Part shown: in pieces, positions 8,958 through 18,878 of the stretch
Layout of the letters: each line of letters starts with the position of its first letter
Numbering within the stretch: position 1 is the stretch's first letter
DNA from: an uncultured Actinomycetes bacterium
GTDB lineage: Bacteria; Actinomycetota; Thermoleophilia; Gaiellales; Gaiellaceae
DNA: 64,000 bases
Direction of reading: 5' to 3'
Assembly: GCA_963716605.1 (NCBI GenBank)
Contig: CAVQTO010000002.1
Coordinates: 418,165-482,164, forward strand
The notes under the pieces: model-generated
The model's input: the letters and a program-made list of their open reading frames with translations, nothing else
Told to the model about the DNA's origin: nothing
Databases searched by the model: none
Program-made: the position numbers and the translations under genes

Positions 8958-9690
8958 CGCAGGAGGAGGCTCGGGCTCGGCTCCAGGCGCTCGGGCTTTC
9001 CGACGCTGCCGTCGACGTGCTCGTCGAGCACTTCGCCGACGCCGAGCGACGGGGGAAGGTGGGACACGGCTTCTCGCGCGTCGACTGGCTCGAGGGGCTC
9101 GAGATCGACCCCGGCGCGCGGCCCGACCGGCTGGTCGCGGAAGAGGGCTTCGAGCGCTGGAACGGCGGCGGCGCGCTCGGCTACCTCGTGCTGGACGAGA
9201 TCGTCCGGGCGACGCTCGCGCGTCCGCCGGCGCATGCCCGGATCGTCGTCGCCGAGCGCTGCTTTCCCGACCGGCATGCTCGGCCACTGGGTGCGGAGGC
9301 TCGCGGACGGCGGTCTCGTCGCCGCGCTGACGGCGACCTCGCCCCGCCGGCTCCCGCATCCGGAGGGCGGCCCTCCCCTCACGGGCACGAACCCGCTCGC
9401 GATCGCGATCCCGTCGAGCGACGGCGCGCCGCTCGTCGCGGACGTGTCCATGGGAGCGGTCACGCACGGCGACGTCCTCGCGGGGCGAGGCGTCGCCGGA
9501 CGAGCTCGTCCCGTTCGGCGGCGAGCAGGCGCACAAGGCGTTCGCGCTCGCGGTCGGTCTCGAGCTTCTCGTCGGCGCGCTCGCCGGTGACGGGCCGGGC
9601 GCCGTCCTCGTCGTCGCGAGGCCGGAGCACGATCCCTTGCCCGCGTTCCGCGCGCGCGCCTCCGGTAGGCGCCTGCCGGGCGACTCCTGA
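8954..9690 (+). pseudogene. Ldh_2 family (malate/L-lactate/ureidoglycolate-type) dehydrogenase, two frameshifts as assembled
   Basis: GTG 8954 overlaps the mrp stop (GTGA). VTQEEARARLQALGLSDAAVDVLVEHFADAERRGKVGHGFSRVDWL... / PTGMLGHWVRRLADGGLVAALTATSPRRLPHPEGGPPLTGTNPLAIAIPSSDGAPLVADVSMGAVTHGDV / DELVPFGGEQAHKAFALAVGLELLVGALAG. Shifts are near 9262 and 9487. The product is shorter than typical family members. Confidence 0.6.
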
Positions 9691-9725
9691 GTTTCGTCAG
9701 GGTTGCGTACGGGAACGAGCAACGC

Positions 9726-9905
9726 ATGCTGCTCTTCAGGTCATTGTCCGTGCCGATCGTCTACTTGGCCATCGGAGTCGTCGTCGCGGCGATCTACGAC
9801 TACTTCGACACGCTGGGGACCGTCGGCAGGGTGCTGACCGCGATCGCGGCGGTCATCCTCTGGCCGCTCCTCCTCTTCGGATTCGACATCTCGATCTCGC
9901 GCTAG
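9726..9905 (+). CDS. hypothetical 59-aa two-TM membrane protein
   Basis: Below the ORF-track size cutoff. ATG 9726 gives MLLFRSLSVPIVYLAIGVVVAAIYDYFDTLGTVGRVLTAIAAVILWPLLLFGFDISISR with two hydrophobic helices. No homology argument is available. Confidence 0.35.
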   Translation: MLLFRSLSVPIVYLAIGVVVAAIYDYFDTLGTVGRVLTAIAAVILWPLLLFGFDISISR

Positions 9906-9908
9906 CCG

Positions 9909-10808
9909 TCAGTTCCCGACCGGTGTCAGCGGCGGCTTACCGTGCTCGATCGCGAGCAGGTTGTCGACGACGAGACGTGTCATCGCCTCGCGGGCCTGGC
10001 GCGTCGCACTTCCGATGTGCGGAGTGAGGACGACGTTCTCGAGACCCAGGAGCTCCTCAGGCACGTTCGGCTCGCCGACGAAGACGTCGAGGCCGGCGCG
10101 AATGCGGCCGGAGACGAGCTCGGCGACGAGCGCCTCCTGGTCGACGATCTCGCCGCGCGCAGTGTTCACGAGGCAGGCGCCGTCCCGCAGGAGCGCGAGC
10201 CGCCGCGCGTCGATCAGGCCGTGCGTCTCCGTAGTGAGTGGGACGTGGAGCGTCACGAGGTCCGCCTCCGCGAGGAGCGCGTCGAGCTCGCGGAACTCGC
10301 CGAGGTCGGTCTCGACCCGAGTCCGCTGCGTGTAGAGAACGCGCAGCTCGAAGCCGCGCGCCCGCCGCGCGACCGCGCTCCCGATTCGCCCGAGGCCGAC
10401 GATCCCGACCGTCGAGCCCGTGAACTCATCGGCGATGCGACCCTCCGCCCACGAGCCGCGCCATCGTCCCGCGCGAACGAACCGGTCTCCCTTGACGACT
10501 TGCCGCCGCGCCGCGAGCAGGAGCGCGACCGCGAGATCCGCGGTTGCCGCATCGAGCACGCCAGGCGTGTTGGTGACGACGATTCCGCGCTCGCGGCACG
10601 CCTCGAGGTCGATCCGGTCGTACCCGACGCCATAGTTGGCGATCACGCGTAGTCCCGGTAGCAGGTCGAAGGGCACGACTTCGTTGGCGACGATCAAGCC
10701 CTCGACGTCGAGGCGAGCCTCGCGCAGCTCCGCGAGCGGCAGCACCTCGACGTCGTCCAGGTCGGCGAAGGCTGTTCCCGGAGAGCGCCGGGTCGCGAGG
10801 ACCCTCAC
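9909..10808 (-). CDS. D-isomer-specific 2-hydroxyacid dehydrogenase (glyoxylate/hydroxypyruvate reductase-like)
   Basis: Intact 299-aa ORF with NAD motif GIVGLGRIGSAVARR and catalytic region TARG...HIGSAT. Confidence 0.9.
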   Translation of the reverse strand: MRVLATRRSPGTAFADLDDVEVLPLAELREARLDVEGLIVANEVVPFDLLPGLRVIANYGVGYDRIDLEACRERGIVVTNTPGVLDAATADLAVALLLAARRQVVKGDRFVRAGRWRGSWAEGRIADEFTGSTVGIVGLGRIGSAVARRARGFELRVLYTQRTRVETDLGEFRELDALLAEADLVTLHVPLTTETHGLIDARRLALLRDGACLVNTARGEIVDQEALVAELVSGRIRAGLDVFVGEPNVPEELLGLENVVLTPHIGSATRQAREAMTRLVVDNLLAIEHGKPPLTPVGN

Positions 10809-11161
10809 TCGCCGTCGACGTGCGCGAGCAGCTGCTTGGCTTCGGCGCGCGAGAGCTCCTGCGTGAGCTCGTACCCGGGATCGACCAGCACCGCCTCCCA
10901 GTCACCGGCGACGAAGAGCTTGAGCGCGTCCGGGAAAGGCACCTTGGCCCACGCCGAGCCCTGCGGATAGACCTGGCGAAGCGCGTACTCGCTCGTGAAG
11001 AGCGGCAGGACGTGTCGGTCGGCGGCGTCGTCGTACGACCGCACCACGGGCGCGAGATCGTCCTCGAGCACCTGTCCCGGCCGGGGCTCGACCGTCGCCA
11101 GCAGGAACTCGTCGTCGAGGAGCTCTACGCCCTTCGGAGGCTTCGACTTGCGAAAACGCAC
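10805..11161 (-). CDS. hypothetical protein, SseB-like
   Basis: 118-aa ORF, translationally coupled to both neighbours. The pattern HVLPLFTSEYALRQVYPQGSAWAKVPFPDALKLF resembles the SseB N-terminal domain. Confidence 0.45.
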   Translation of the reverse strand: MRFRKSKPPKGVELLDDEFLLATVEPRPGQVLEDDLAPVVRSYDDAADRHVLPLFTSEYALRQVYPQGSAWAKVPFPDALKLFVAGDWEAVLVDPGYELTQELSRAEAKQLLAHVDGE

Positions 11162-11995
11162 CTAGCCGGACTTCCTCCGCAAGCGGTCGAGCACGAACGG
11201 GTCGATCGCATCGTCGCCGTTGACGCGCTCCTCGAGGTTCTCCACGCCCGCCCAGTCCTCGAGCCGCTCGAAGCCGAGCCGGGCGAGCCGCTCGTCGATC
11301 TCGGCGCGCAGCTCGTCGTCCACCTCGAGCCAGCGCTCGCGGGGCGTCTGCACGAAGAGCTCGTGGTGGATGCCGACGATGCGCCGGAGCTCCTCGAGCG
11401 GGCGCTCGTGGTCGTCCACGCGCAGGTCGACGAAGACGTCCGAGAGCCCGGCGTAGCCCTGCTCCGGGCCGACGACGAGGATCGCCGCCGACTGCATTCC
11501 GCGACTGTCGCCGCCGGCCGCCTGCGCCGCGTCGAGGCAGTCGAGCAGCCGCTCGACGAGGGGCTTCCCGGCCGTCGCCTCGAAGGTCTCCGCGAGCCCG
11601 TCGACCGTCTCGGCCGAGACGAGGATGTTTCCCTGGGCCGCGTAGCCGGCGCCGACGCGGCCGCCCGCCCACTCCTTGCACTCGTCGCCCGTGTAGGTCG
11701 CGCCCCGTCCCTCCCGGTCCACGACTCCGAGCTGTCGCTGTGCGCGATCCTCGTCTGCCTCGGTCAGGCGCGCGACAGCCTCCTCGGCCGGAGCCCCCTC
11801 CCGCAGGAGCGCGAGACCCTCGGGCCCGTAGCGCGGGTTCGCCCACGCCTGGGTCGCGACGGCGCCCACGAGCGGCTCCGCCCAGGGCACGACGCAGCCC
11901 ACGGCGAGGAACTTCGACTGCACCGCGACGCCCCACTGCCGCGCGTGGAGGTCGCAGGCGCAGATCGAGTAGGTCGAGACGAGCTCGCTAGCCAT
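11162..11995 (-). CDS. DUF1028 family (Ntn-hydrolase fold) protein with C-terminal helical domain
   Basis: 277-aa ORF. N-terminal TYSICACD...WGVAVQSKFLAVG..VPWA is the DUF1028 signature. Confidence 0.75.
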   Translation of the reverse strand: MASELVSTYSICACDLHARQWGVAVQSKFLAVGCVVPWAEPLVGAVATQAWANPRYGPEGLALLREGAPAEEAVARLTEADEDRAQRQLGVVDREGRGATYTGDECKEWAGGRVGAGYAAQGNILVSAETVDGLAETFEATAGKPLVERLLDCLDAAQAAGGDSRGMQSAAILVVGPEQGYAGLSDVFVDLRVDDHERPLEELRRIVGIHHELFVQTPRERWLEVDDELRAEIDERLARLGFERLEDWAGVENLEERVNGDDAIDPFVLDRLRRKSG

Positions 11996-12257
11996 ACGTG
12001 AGCTGCGGGAGGTCGAGGTCGACGAGAGCCTGATCGCGCACCAGCGCGCACGCCACCTCGCCGAGCGAGAGCGCGGCGTGGATCTCCTCCACCGTCGACG
12101 CGCGGACGACCACCGGGACGCCGTTCAGATGGGCCTCGTGAATCGCCTTCAGGTCGGAGACGTCGTCGAGGACGAGGGCTCCCTCGAGGTCGATCGTCCC
12201 CTCGAGGACGATCTGCGGAACCTTGCGCCCGGTGGAGCCGAACCAGCGCTCGCGCAT
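11988..12257 (-). CDS. hypothetical 89-aa protein
   Basis: The ORF is embedded in an operon by ATGA overlap upstream and an 8-nt overlap downstream. No recognisable motif. Confidence 0.45.
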   Translation of the reverse strand: MRERWFGSTGRKVPQIVLEGTIDLEGALVLDDVSDLKAIHEAHLNGVPVVVRASTVEEIHAALSLGEVACALVRDQALVDLDLPQLTYG

Positions 12258-12961
12258 CAGAGCGTCAGCGTCTCGCCGGGCTCGGCCGCGAGGATCTCGA
12301 CTCCCGCGGGAGCGAGCTCGCGCAGCTTCTCAGGCGTCCCGGTCAGGAGCGGGAACGTCCCGTAGTGGCAGGGGACGCACCGCGCAACGCCGAGCAGCTC
12401 GAGCGCGACGGCGGCCTCTCGCGGGCCCATCGTGAAGTGGTCGCCGATCGGGAGGATGGCGACGTCCGGGGAGTAGATGCGCGCGATCAGGGACATGTCC
12501 CCGAAGACGTTCGTGTCGCCGGAGACGTACAGCTTGAACCCGTCCTCGACCTCGACCACGAACCCGCACGACTCGCCCGTGTACTGGAACATTCCGTCGG
12601 CGAACACGCTCGACGAGTGGTTTCCGTGCGTGAGCGTCAGCTTGATGCCGCCGACGTCGATCGTCCCGCCTTTGTTCATCGCCTGCGTCGGGTCCTGGGA
12701 CAGCCCCTGGGTCGAGAGCCAGCCGCGGAGCTCGACCTGCGCGACGACCGGACACTCGAACTTCTGCGCGATCGCGATCGTGTCGCCGAGGTGGTCGTCG
12801 TGCCCGTGCGTGAGGAGGAGCAGGTCGCAGCGCTCCGGCTCCACCTCGCCCTCCGGGCAGCTCGGGTTCCCGTTCAGGAAGGGGTCGATGTAGATTCGCT
12901 TTCCGCCCGGGCTGTCGATGCGGAACGCCGAGTGCCCGAGCCAGGTCAGTTCGGTAGCCAT
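12257..12961 (-). CDS. UPF0173-type metal-dependent hydrolase (MBL fold)
   Basis: 234-aa ORF: MATELTWLGHSAFRIDSPGGKRIYIDPFL...LLLTHGHDDHLGD. Confidence 0.85.
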   Translation of the reverse strand: MATELTWLGHSAFRIDSPGGKRIYIDPFLNGNPSCPEGEVEPERCDLLLLTHGHDDHLGDTIAIAQKFECPVVAQVELRGWLSTQGLSQDPTQAMNKGGTIDVGGIKLTLTHGNHSSSVFADGMFQYTGESCGFVVEVEDGFKLYVSGDTNVFGDMSLIARIYSPDVAILPIGDHFTMGPREAAVALELLGVARCVPCHYGTFPLLTGTPEKLRELAPAGVEILAAEPGETLTL

Positions 12962-12967
12962 GGCCGG

Positions 12968-12973
12968 AATCTA
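12968..12973 (-). promoter_or_regulatory. putative -10 box, leaderless first gene of a 5-gene minus-strand operon
   Basis: TAGATT, 6-nt spacer, ATG 12961. Confidence 0.5.
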
Positions 12974-13009
12974 GAGGACCAGTCGTGGCACGTGCGGCGC
13001 GAACGCGGG

Positions 13010-13981
13010 CTACCAGTCGAGGCCGTTCGTCGCCCAGGTCTTGGTGACGTTGGAGATCGGGCGCCCCGTTGGCGTGATCACGAACACGCCGCCTCCGACT
13101 CGGCCCGAATACGCGATCTGCCGGCCGGTCGGCGACCAGACGCCGTTCACTGCCTGGTCCGACCACTTCGTCACAGGCCGGAGCCCGGTCCCGTCTGCGT
13201 TGACGAGAGCCAGCTGCGAAGCCCCTCGAATCCCGGACTGGATGGTGAAGAGGATCTTGCCGGCGCGTGACCAGTCGACGGTCCGTACGCCGATGTACTG
13301 GCGCAACGGCTTGTACCGCGGCAGCCGGTGGAGCGAGCGCACACCCGACCCGTCCGCGTTCATCACGAGGACTTCGCCGGTGTGGCAGAAGGAGTTGCCC
13401 GACGGAGGTGACGTCGGGCAGTCGCCATGAAAGGCCGCCTTCGCGATTGCGATCATCCGCCCGTCGGGAGACCAGCTCGCAGCGACCACGCCGCGTGGGC
13501 CAACCGCGCGCTTTCCCGACCCGTTTACCGCCGCTGTCGTCACACGGGACGACCTCGAGTCGATGAACAGGAGGCGGCGACCGTTCGGGGAGAAGCGAGG
13601 AGACCAGCCCTTCAGCCCGGTGTCCGCCGACGGCAGCCGCTCGTTGTGAGCAGTGTCGCAGCGGGTCGGGACCGAATCGGAGATCGGAAGTCTGAAGATC
13701 CGTCCGTACGTCAGGCGGGCGCGGGGCTCGATCCCGTGAGCGAGATAGCTCTGCCCGTCCGGCGCCAGGCTCGGAGAGCCCAGACCGCAGGGGAACAGGC
13801 GGACGAGATCGGCTCCGCCCGGCTGGACCGAGAAGATCGTTCCGGTGTGATCAGACCCGAGCAGGGGGCGCGACGCCTGCTCTGACACGCTGGACGCCGC
13901 CCTACCCTCGACGGCCGCTCCGGCCGAGCAGATCCCGACCGCGAACGTCGCAGCCGCAGCCGCAAGCAAACACCACCGCAT
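13010..13981 (-). CDS. secreted TolB-like WD40/PD40 beta-propeller protein
   Basis: Frame of ORF 13010..14047. ATG 13981 follows GGGGAGG and gives the signal peptide MRWCLLAAAAATFAVGICSAGAA. Repeated SPDG/SPNG/SPTG..I.F motifs are typical of PD40 blades. Confidence 0.7.
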   Translation of the reverse strand: MRWCLLAAAAATFAVGICSAGAAVEGRAASSVSEQASRPLLGSDHTGTIFSVQPGGADLVRLFPCGLGSPSLAPDGQSYLAHGIEPRARLTYGRIFRLPISDSVPTRCDTAHNERLPSADTGLKGWSPRFSPNGRRLLFIDSRSSRVTTAAVNGSGKRAVGPRGVVAASWSPDGRMIAIAKAAFHGDCPTSPPSGNSFCHTGEVLVMNADGSGVRSLHRLPRYKPLRQYIGVRTVDWSRAGKILFTIQSGIRGASQLALVNADGTGLRPVTKWSDQAVNGVWSPTGRQIAYSGRVGGGVFVITPTGRPISNVTKTWATNGLDW

Positions 13982-14063
13982 TTGTGAACCTCCCCGTCCG
14001 CTCCCCTCGCCGCGCGGGACGATACGCGACTCTCGGCTGTCGTTCAACCGCTGCAGCCGGCGG

Positions 14064-15527
14064 CTAGAACGTGAGCGCCGAGGCCGCGTCCGCTGCGAGG
14101 TCGAGGATCGGCTGCACGGCGAAGAACGAGCCGACGGTGACGACGAGTGCCGCCGTGACCGCGATCCCGAGCGCGTAGTCGCGCGGCGGCGAGCCGCCTG
14201 CGGGCGCGAGCCTCAGCTCGGCTCCCGAGCGCATGTACAGCCAGCGGACGACGTTCAGGTAGTACGCGAGGGAGAGCGCGGTCGCGGCGACGCCGACGAG
14301 CACGAGCCACCAGTCGCCGGCCTCGTACGCGGCCGAGAAGACGAAGAGCTTCCCGAAGAAGCCGCCGGTGAGCGGGAAGCCGGCCATCCCGAGCATGAAG
14401 ACCCAGAGCGCGATCCCGTAGAACGGACGCTCCCAGCCGAGGCCGGCGAGGCTCTCGAGACGCACCGGGGCTCCGAGCTCCCGCTCACGCGCCGCGACGA
14501 CCGCGAAGGCCCCGACCGACATCGCGGAGTAGGGGACGAGGTAGAAGAGCAGCGCCTCGGCGCCACGCTCGGTGCCGGCCGCGACCGCGATCAGCAGGAA
14601 CCCCGCGTGCGAGACGGACGAGTACGCGAGCAGGCGCTTGACGTCGATCTGCGCGAGCGCAGCGAGGTTGCCCCAGGCCAGCGAGACGCACGCGAGCACC
14701 GCGACCGCGATCGTCCAGATCTCGCTCTCGTCCGGGAACGCGGTGACGAGCACGCGCAGCGTGACGACGAGCGCGGCCGTCTTCGTCGCGGCCGACATGA
14801 ACGCCGTCACCGAGGTCGGCGCGCCCTGGTACACGTCCGGCGTCCACATGTGGAACGGCGCCGCCGAGACCTTGAACGCGAGCCCGGCGAGGATCATCGC
14901 GAGGCCCGAGACGAGGAAGGCGTCGCCTCCGGCCTCCGCCGCAGCGATCTGCGAGAACCCGAGCTCGCCCGTCGCGCCGAAGACGAGCGCCGAGCCGAAG
15001 AGCAGCACCGCCGAGCCGAACCCGCCGACGATCAGGTACTTGAGCCCGGCCTCGAGCGAGGTCGCGCGGTCGGTGTCGAACGCCACGAGGACGTATAGGC
15101 AGAGCGAGAACCACTCGAGCCCGAGGAACAGCGTCATCAGGTTCTCGGCGCCGACGAAGAAGACCATCCCGGCGCCTGCGGCCGCGAGCAGCGCGTAGTA
15201 CTCGCCGTGGTCGTCGCGCCGGCGCTCGGTCCAGGACACGAAGACGACGACGGCTCCCGTGATCGCGAGCAGGAGCTGCGCGAAGCCGGCCAGCTGGTCG
15301 CGGATCATCGACTCGTCGAGGAGCGCTTCCGGCGGCGAGCTGTCGCCGAAGACCACTCCCGCGCAGATCGCCGCCGCGACGAAGCCCGCGAAGGCGAAGA
15401 CGGCGCCGACCGTCCTCCGCATCCACTTCGGCACGAGCACGGCGGCCATGAGCGCGACTCCGGACCCGGCGAGGAGCGCGAGCGTCGGGGAGAGCGCGAG
15501 CCAGTCGACGGACGGGGTGTCGATCAC
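14064..15527 (-). CDS. nuoN: NADH-quinone oxidoreductase subunit N
   Basis: C-terminal 487 residues of ORF 14064..16805, starting at GTG 15527 (VIDTPSVDWLALSP...). Antiporter-like fold with FKVSAAPFHMWTPDVYQGAPT. Overlaps the nuoM stop by 4 nt. Confidence 0.9.
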   Translation of the reverse strand: MIDTPSVDWLALSPTLALLAGSGVALMAAVLVPKWMRRTVGAVFAFAGFVAAAICAGVVFGDSSPPEALLDESMIRDQLAGFAQLLLAITGAVVVFVSWTERRRDDHGEYYALLAAAGAGMVFFVGAENLMTLFLGLEWFSLCLYVLVAFDTDRATSLEAGLKYLIVGGFGSAVLLFGSALVFGATGELGFSQIAAAEAGGDAFLVSGLAMILAGLAFKVSAAPFHMWTPDVYQGAPTSVTAFMSAATKTAALVVTLRVLVTAFPDESEIWTIAVAVLACVSLAWGNLAALAQIDVKRLLAYSSVSHAGFLLIAVAAGTERGAEALLFYLVPYSAMSVGAFAVVAARERELGAPVRLESLAGLGWERPFYGIALWVFMLGMAGFPLTGGFFGKLFVFSAAYEAGDWWLVLVGVAATALSLAYYLNVVRWLYMRSGAELRLAPAGGSPPRDYALGIAVTAALVVTVGSFFAVQPILDLAADAASALTF

Positions 15528-16993
15528 GGCGTCCGCCCCACGGTCTCGATCGGTGCATAGCCGGTCCAGCCCTCGGGGAACTCCGCGTCGCGCGCGAACG
15601 AGCTCTCGCTGACGAGCGCCGGCCACACGGAGAGCGCGACCAGGCAGGCGACGAGCGGGAGGATGAGCGCGAGCTCGCCGGGCCGCAGGTCGAGCGCCTC
15701 GTCGCGCACCGCCGGCCCGGGCCGCACGTGCAGCACCGCCGAGATGAGCCGCAGCACGTACATCGCCGCCAGCACGATCCCGAGCGCGACGACGGCCGCG
15801 TAGCCCCAGCCGTTCTCGTACGCGCCGGCCATGATCAGGAACTCGCCCGCGAACGTGACCGAGCCGGGCACGGCAAGCGCCACCATTCCCGCGATCAGGA
15901 GCACGGTCGCGAGCACGGGCCGCCCTCGCGCCATTCCGCCGAGTGCGTCGAGGTCGCCCGTCCCGCAGCGCCGCTCGACCATCCCGACGAGGAGGAACAT
16001 CGTCGCCGAGACGAGCGCGTGCCCGACGGACTGGAGCACGGCGCCTGTCGTCCCGAGGTCGTTCAGCGTGAAGAGCCCGATCATGATCAGGCCCATCTGC
16101 GCGAGCGACGAGTACGCCACGATCCCGCGCAGGTCGGGCGCGCGGAACGCGAGCAGCGACCCGTACACGAGCGAGGCTCCGGAGAGCACGAGCACGACGC
16201 CGGTGTAGTCGTCCACGGGCTCGGGGAACCGCGGGAGCACGATGACGAGGAAGCCGTAGACCGCGGTCTTCGAGACGATCGCCGAGAGCACCGCCGCGAC
16301 CTCGACCGGCGCCTCGCGGTACGTGAGCGGGAGCCAGCCGTGCAGCGGGAAGAGCGGCGCCTTGACCGCGAAGGCGATCGCGAAGCCGAGGAAGATCCAC
16401 TGGTTGTCGCTCGTCCCCGACTCGGTCAGGCTGAACGTTCCCTGCGTCACGCCGTACGCGACGACCGACGCGAGCATCAGGAGCGACCCGGCCATCGTGT
16501 AGACGACGAACGTGAGCGTCGCCGCGGAGCGCCGCTCGCCTCCCCAGACGCCGACGAGCACGTACAGCGGGATGAGCATCGCCTCGAAGGCGACGTAGAA
16601 GAGCAGCACGTCCTGCGCCGCGAAGGTCGCGACGACCGCGCCTGTCAGCAGCAGCATGAGCGCGTGGTACGCACGCGGACGGTCGCGCCCGATCCAGGTC
16701 GCGTACCCGATCGCCGCGGCCATGACGATCACCGCCACGCCCGCGAGCCAGATCGAGAAGCCGTAGAAGCCGACCGAGTAGGAGATCCCGAGGCTCTCCA
16801 CCCACTCCTCGGAGGTCCCGAGCTGGAGCGCAGGGTCGTCGAAGTCGAAGCGGCCCACGGCGACGATCCAGAGCCCGACCTCGACGAGCGCGATCAGGAA
16901 AGCGAGCCCGGCGGTCGTCAGGCGCGGCAGCGGCAGGATCGCGACGACGAAGGCGCCGGCGAGAGGGAGGAGGATGAGGAGAGTGGTCAGCAT
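15524..16993 (-). CDS. nuoM: NADH-quinone oxidoreductase subunit M
   Basis: Intact 489-aa ORF: AFAVKAPLFPLHGWLP...AYSSLAQMG. Confidence 0.92.
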   Translation of the reverse strand: MLTTLLILLPLAGAFVVAILPLPRLTTAGLAFLIALVEVGLWIVAVGRFDFDDPALQLGTSEEWVESLGISYSVGFYGFSIWLAGVAVIVMAAAIGYATWIGRDRPRAYHALMLLLTGAVVATFAAQDVLLFYVAFEAMLIPLYVLVGVWGGERRSAATLTFVVYTMAGSLLMLASVVAYGVTQGTFSLTESGTSDNQWIFLGFAIAFAVKAPLFPLHGWLPLTYREAPVEVAAVLSAIVSKTAVYGFLVIVLPRFPEPVDDYTGVVLVLSGASLVYGSLLAFRAPDLRGIVAYSSLAQMGLIMIGLFTLNDLGTTGAVLQSVGHALVSATMFLLVGMVERRCGTGDLDALGGMARGRPVLATVLLIAGMVALAVPGSVTFAGEFLIMAGAYENGWGYAAVVALGIVLAAMYVLRLISAVLHVRPGPAVRDEALDLRPGELALILPLVACLVALSVWPALVSESSFARDAEFPEGWTGYAPIETVGRTP

Positions 16994-16996
16994 CGA

Positions 16997-18877
16997 CTAC
17001 CGGACGCTCACGAAGACGACGATGAGGACGAAGACCGCGACCGTGACGGCGAGCGCGTAGGTGCGAAGGAGCCCGGACTGGACACGCGCGAGCTCGCCGC
17101 TCGCCTGGATCGTCCCGGAGCCGATCTCGTCGAGCGAGCGCTCGATCACCGGCTCCTCGACGTTGCGGCGCAGCGCGCTCGAGAGCGACGAGGCGGGGCG
17201 ATAGAAGAGCCCGTCGTAGAGCTCGTCGAAATAGAGCTTGTGCTCGAGGACGCGCCAGGCATCCGGGCTGGTGACGAGCTGCCGCCCCCGCCGGAACATG
17301 CTCCGCGCCAGCACGAAGCCGAGGAGTCCGAGCGCGACCGCGATCGCGCTGATCACCTACTCCTCTCCGGTCTTCGGCTCGACGAGGGGCTCGGCCGACT
17401 CATCGACCCAGTGCGTGAACGGATGCCAGACGCCCGGGATCGAGAGGAGTCCGCCGATCGAGGACAGCACTGCGAGGATGCCCACCGGAAGCAGCATCGA
17501 CCGCGGCCCTTCCCCGTGCCCGAGCGCCGCGTGAGCCGGCGCCTCGGCCGGGCTCCCGTGGAAGACCGCGAAGTAGAGCCGGAACGAGTACAGGCCCGTG
17601 AGGAGCGCTCCGACCAGCCCGGCGACGAGCAGCGTCCAGCCGAGCGCGTCCCCGAGTGCGAAGGCCGATGCGAGGATCGCGTCCTTCGACCAGAACGCTG
17701 CGAACGGCGGGAGCCCGACGAGCGCGACCGTCCCGATCAGGAACGCGATGTGCGTCCGCGGGAGCGCGTCCTTCAGCCCGCCCATCCGGCGGATGTCCTG
17801 TTCGTCCGCCAGATGGTGGATCACGACTCCGGCCGCGAGGAAGAGCAGCGCCTTGAAGAACGCGTGCGTGAACAGGTGGAAGATCGCGAAGCCGTACGCG
17901 CCGATCCCCGCGCCGAGGAACATGTAGCCGATCTGGGACATCGTCGAGTACGCGATGACCTTCTTGATGTCCCACTGCACGAGCGCGACGAGACCCGCGA
18001 CCAGCAGCGTCACGGCGCCGAGGATCGCCGCCAGGTGCTGGATGTCCGGGGCCGCTTCGAAGATCGGATGGGCGCGCACGAGCAGGTAGACCCCGGCGGT
18101 GACCATCGTCGCCGCATGGATGAGAGCGGAGACCGGCGTCGGCCCCTCCATTGCGTCCGGCAGCCACGTGTGCAGCGGAATCTGCGCGGACTTGGCGACC
18201 GCGCCGCCGAGGAGCCCGAGCGCCACGAGGTTCACCGTCGTCTCCGACATGTCGTCCACGTTCGCGAAGACCGCGGAGAACTCGAGCGCCCCGGTGTACC
18301 AGATCAGCAGCACGGCCGCGAGCGCGAACGTCGCGTCCCCGATCGCGTTCATCACGAACGCCTTCTTCGCGGCCGCGACCGCCTCCGGGCGGTGGTGCCA
18401 GAAGCCGATCAGCAGGTACGACGCGAGCCCGACGAGGCCCCAGCCCACGAGCAGGAGCAGGAAGTTCCCCGCCTGCACGAGCAGGAGCATCGAGAAGACG
18501 AAGAGCGACATGTACGCGAAGAAGCGACGCTCCTCGTCGTCGCCCGCCATGTAGCCCATCGAGTACCAGACGATGAGCCCGCCGACCCCGGAGACGATCA
18601 GCATCATCACGACGGCGAGCGGGTCGACGAAGATCTCGAAGCCGACCTCGAAGTTCACGGTGGCGAGCCACGTGTACGCGGTCGAGAGCTCCTCTCGCTC
18701 GCCCGGGTCACGCGCCCAGAGCCCGAAGAACGCGACGAGCGCGCCGCCGAAGGCGACGAACGTCGTGAGCGTCGAGATCCAGCCAGCCAGCCGCCGACTG
18801 ATCCGGGTTCCGCAAAGAGTGATCGTCAGCGCACCGGCGAGCGGCGCGAGCAGGCAGGTCCAGGCGCCGGCGACCAT
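16997..18877 (-). CDS. nuoL: NADH-quinone oxidoreductase subunit L, interrupted by an in-frame TAG (two abutting same-frame ORFs, 506 aa + 119 aa)
   Basis: ORF 17357..18877 carries the antiporter core (IPLHTWLPDAMEGPTPVSALIHAATMVTAGVYL, AYSTMSQIGYMF). ORF 16997..17356 carries TM15, the lateral helix (KLYFDELYDGLFYRP) and the last TM. The junction reads GEE-TAG-GTG-ISAIAV. Confidence 0.88.
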
Positions 18878-18878
18878 C

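Noticed and set aside
17357-17359. TAG in nuoL as pyrrolysine or programmed readthrough
   Set aside because: There is no pyl gene or PYLIS-like evidence in the window, and the taxon is not known for Pyl. It is kept only as an unexplained in-frame stop (see findings).
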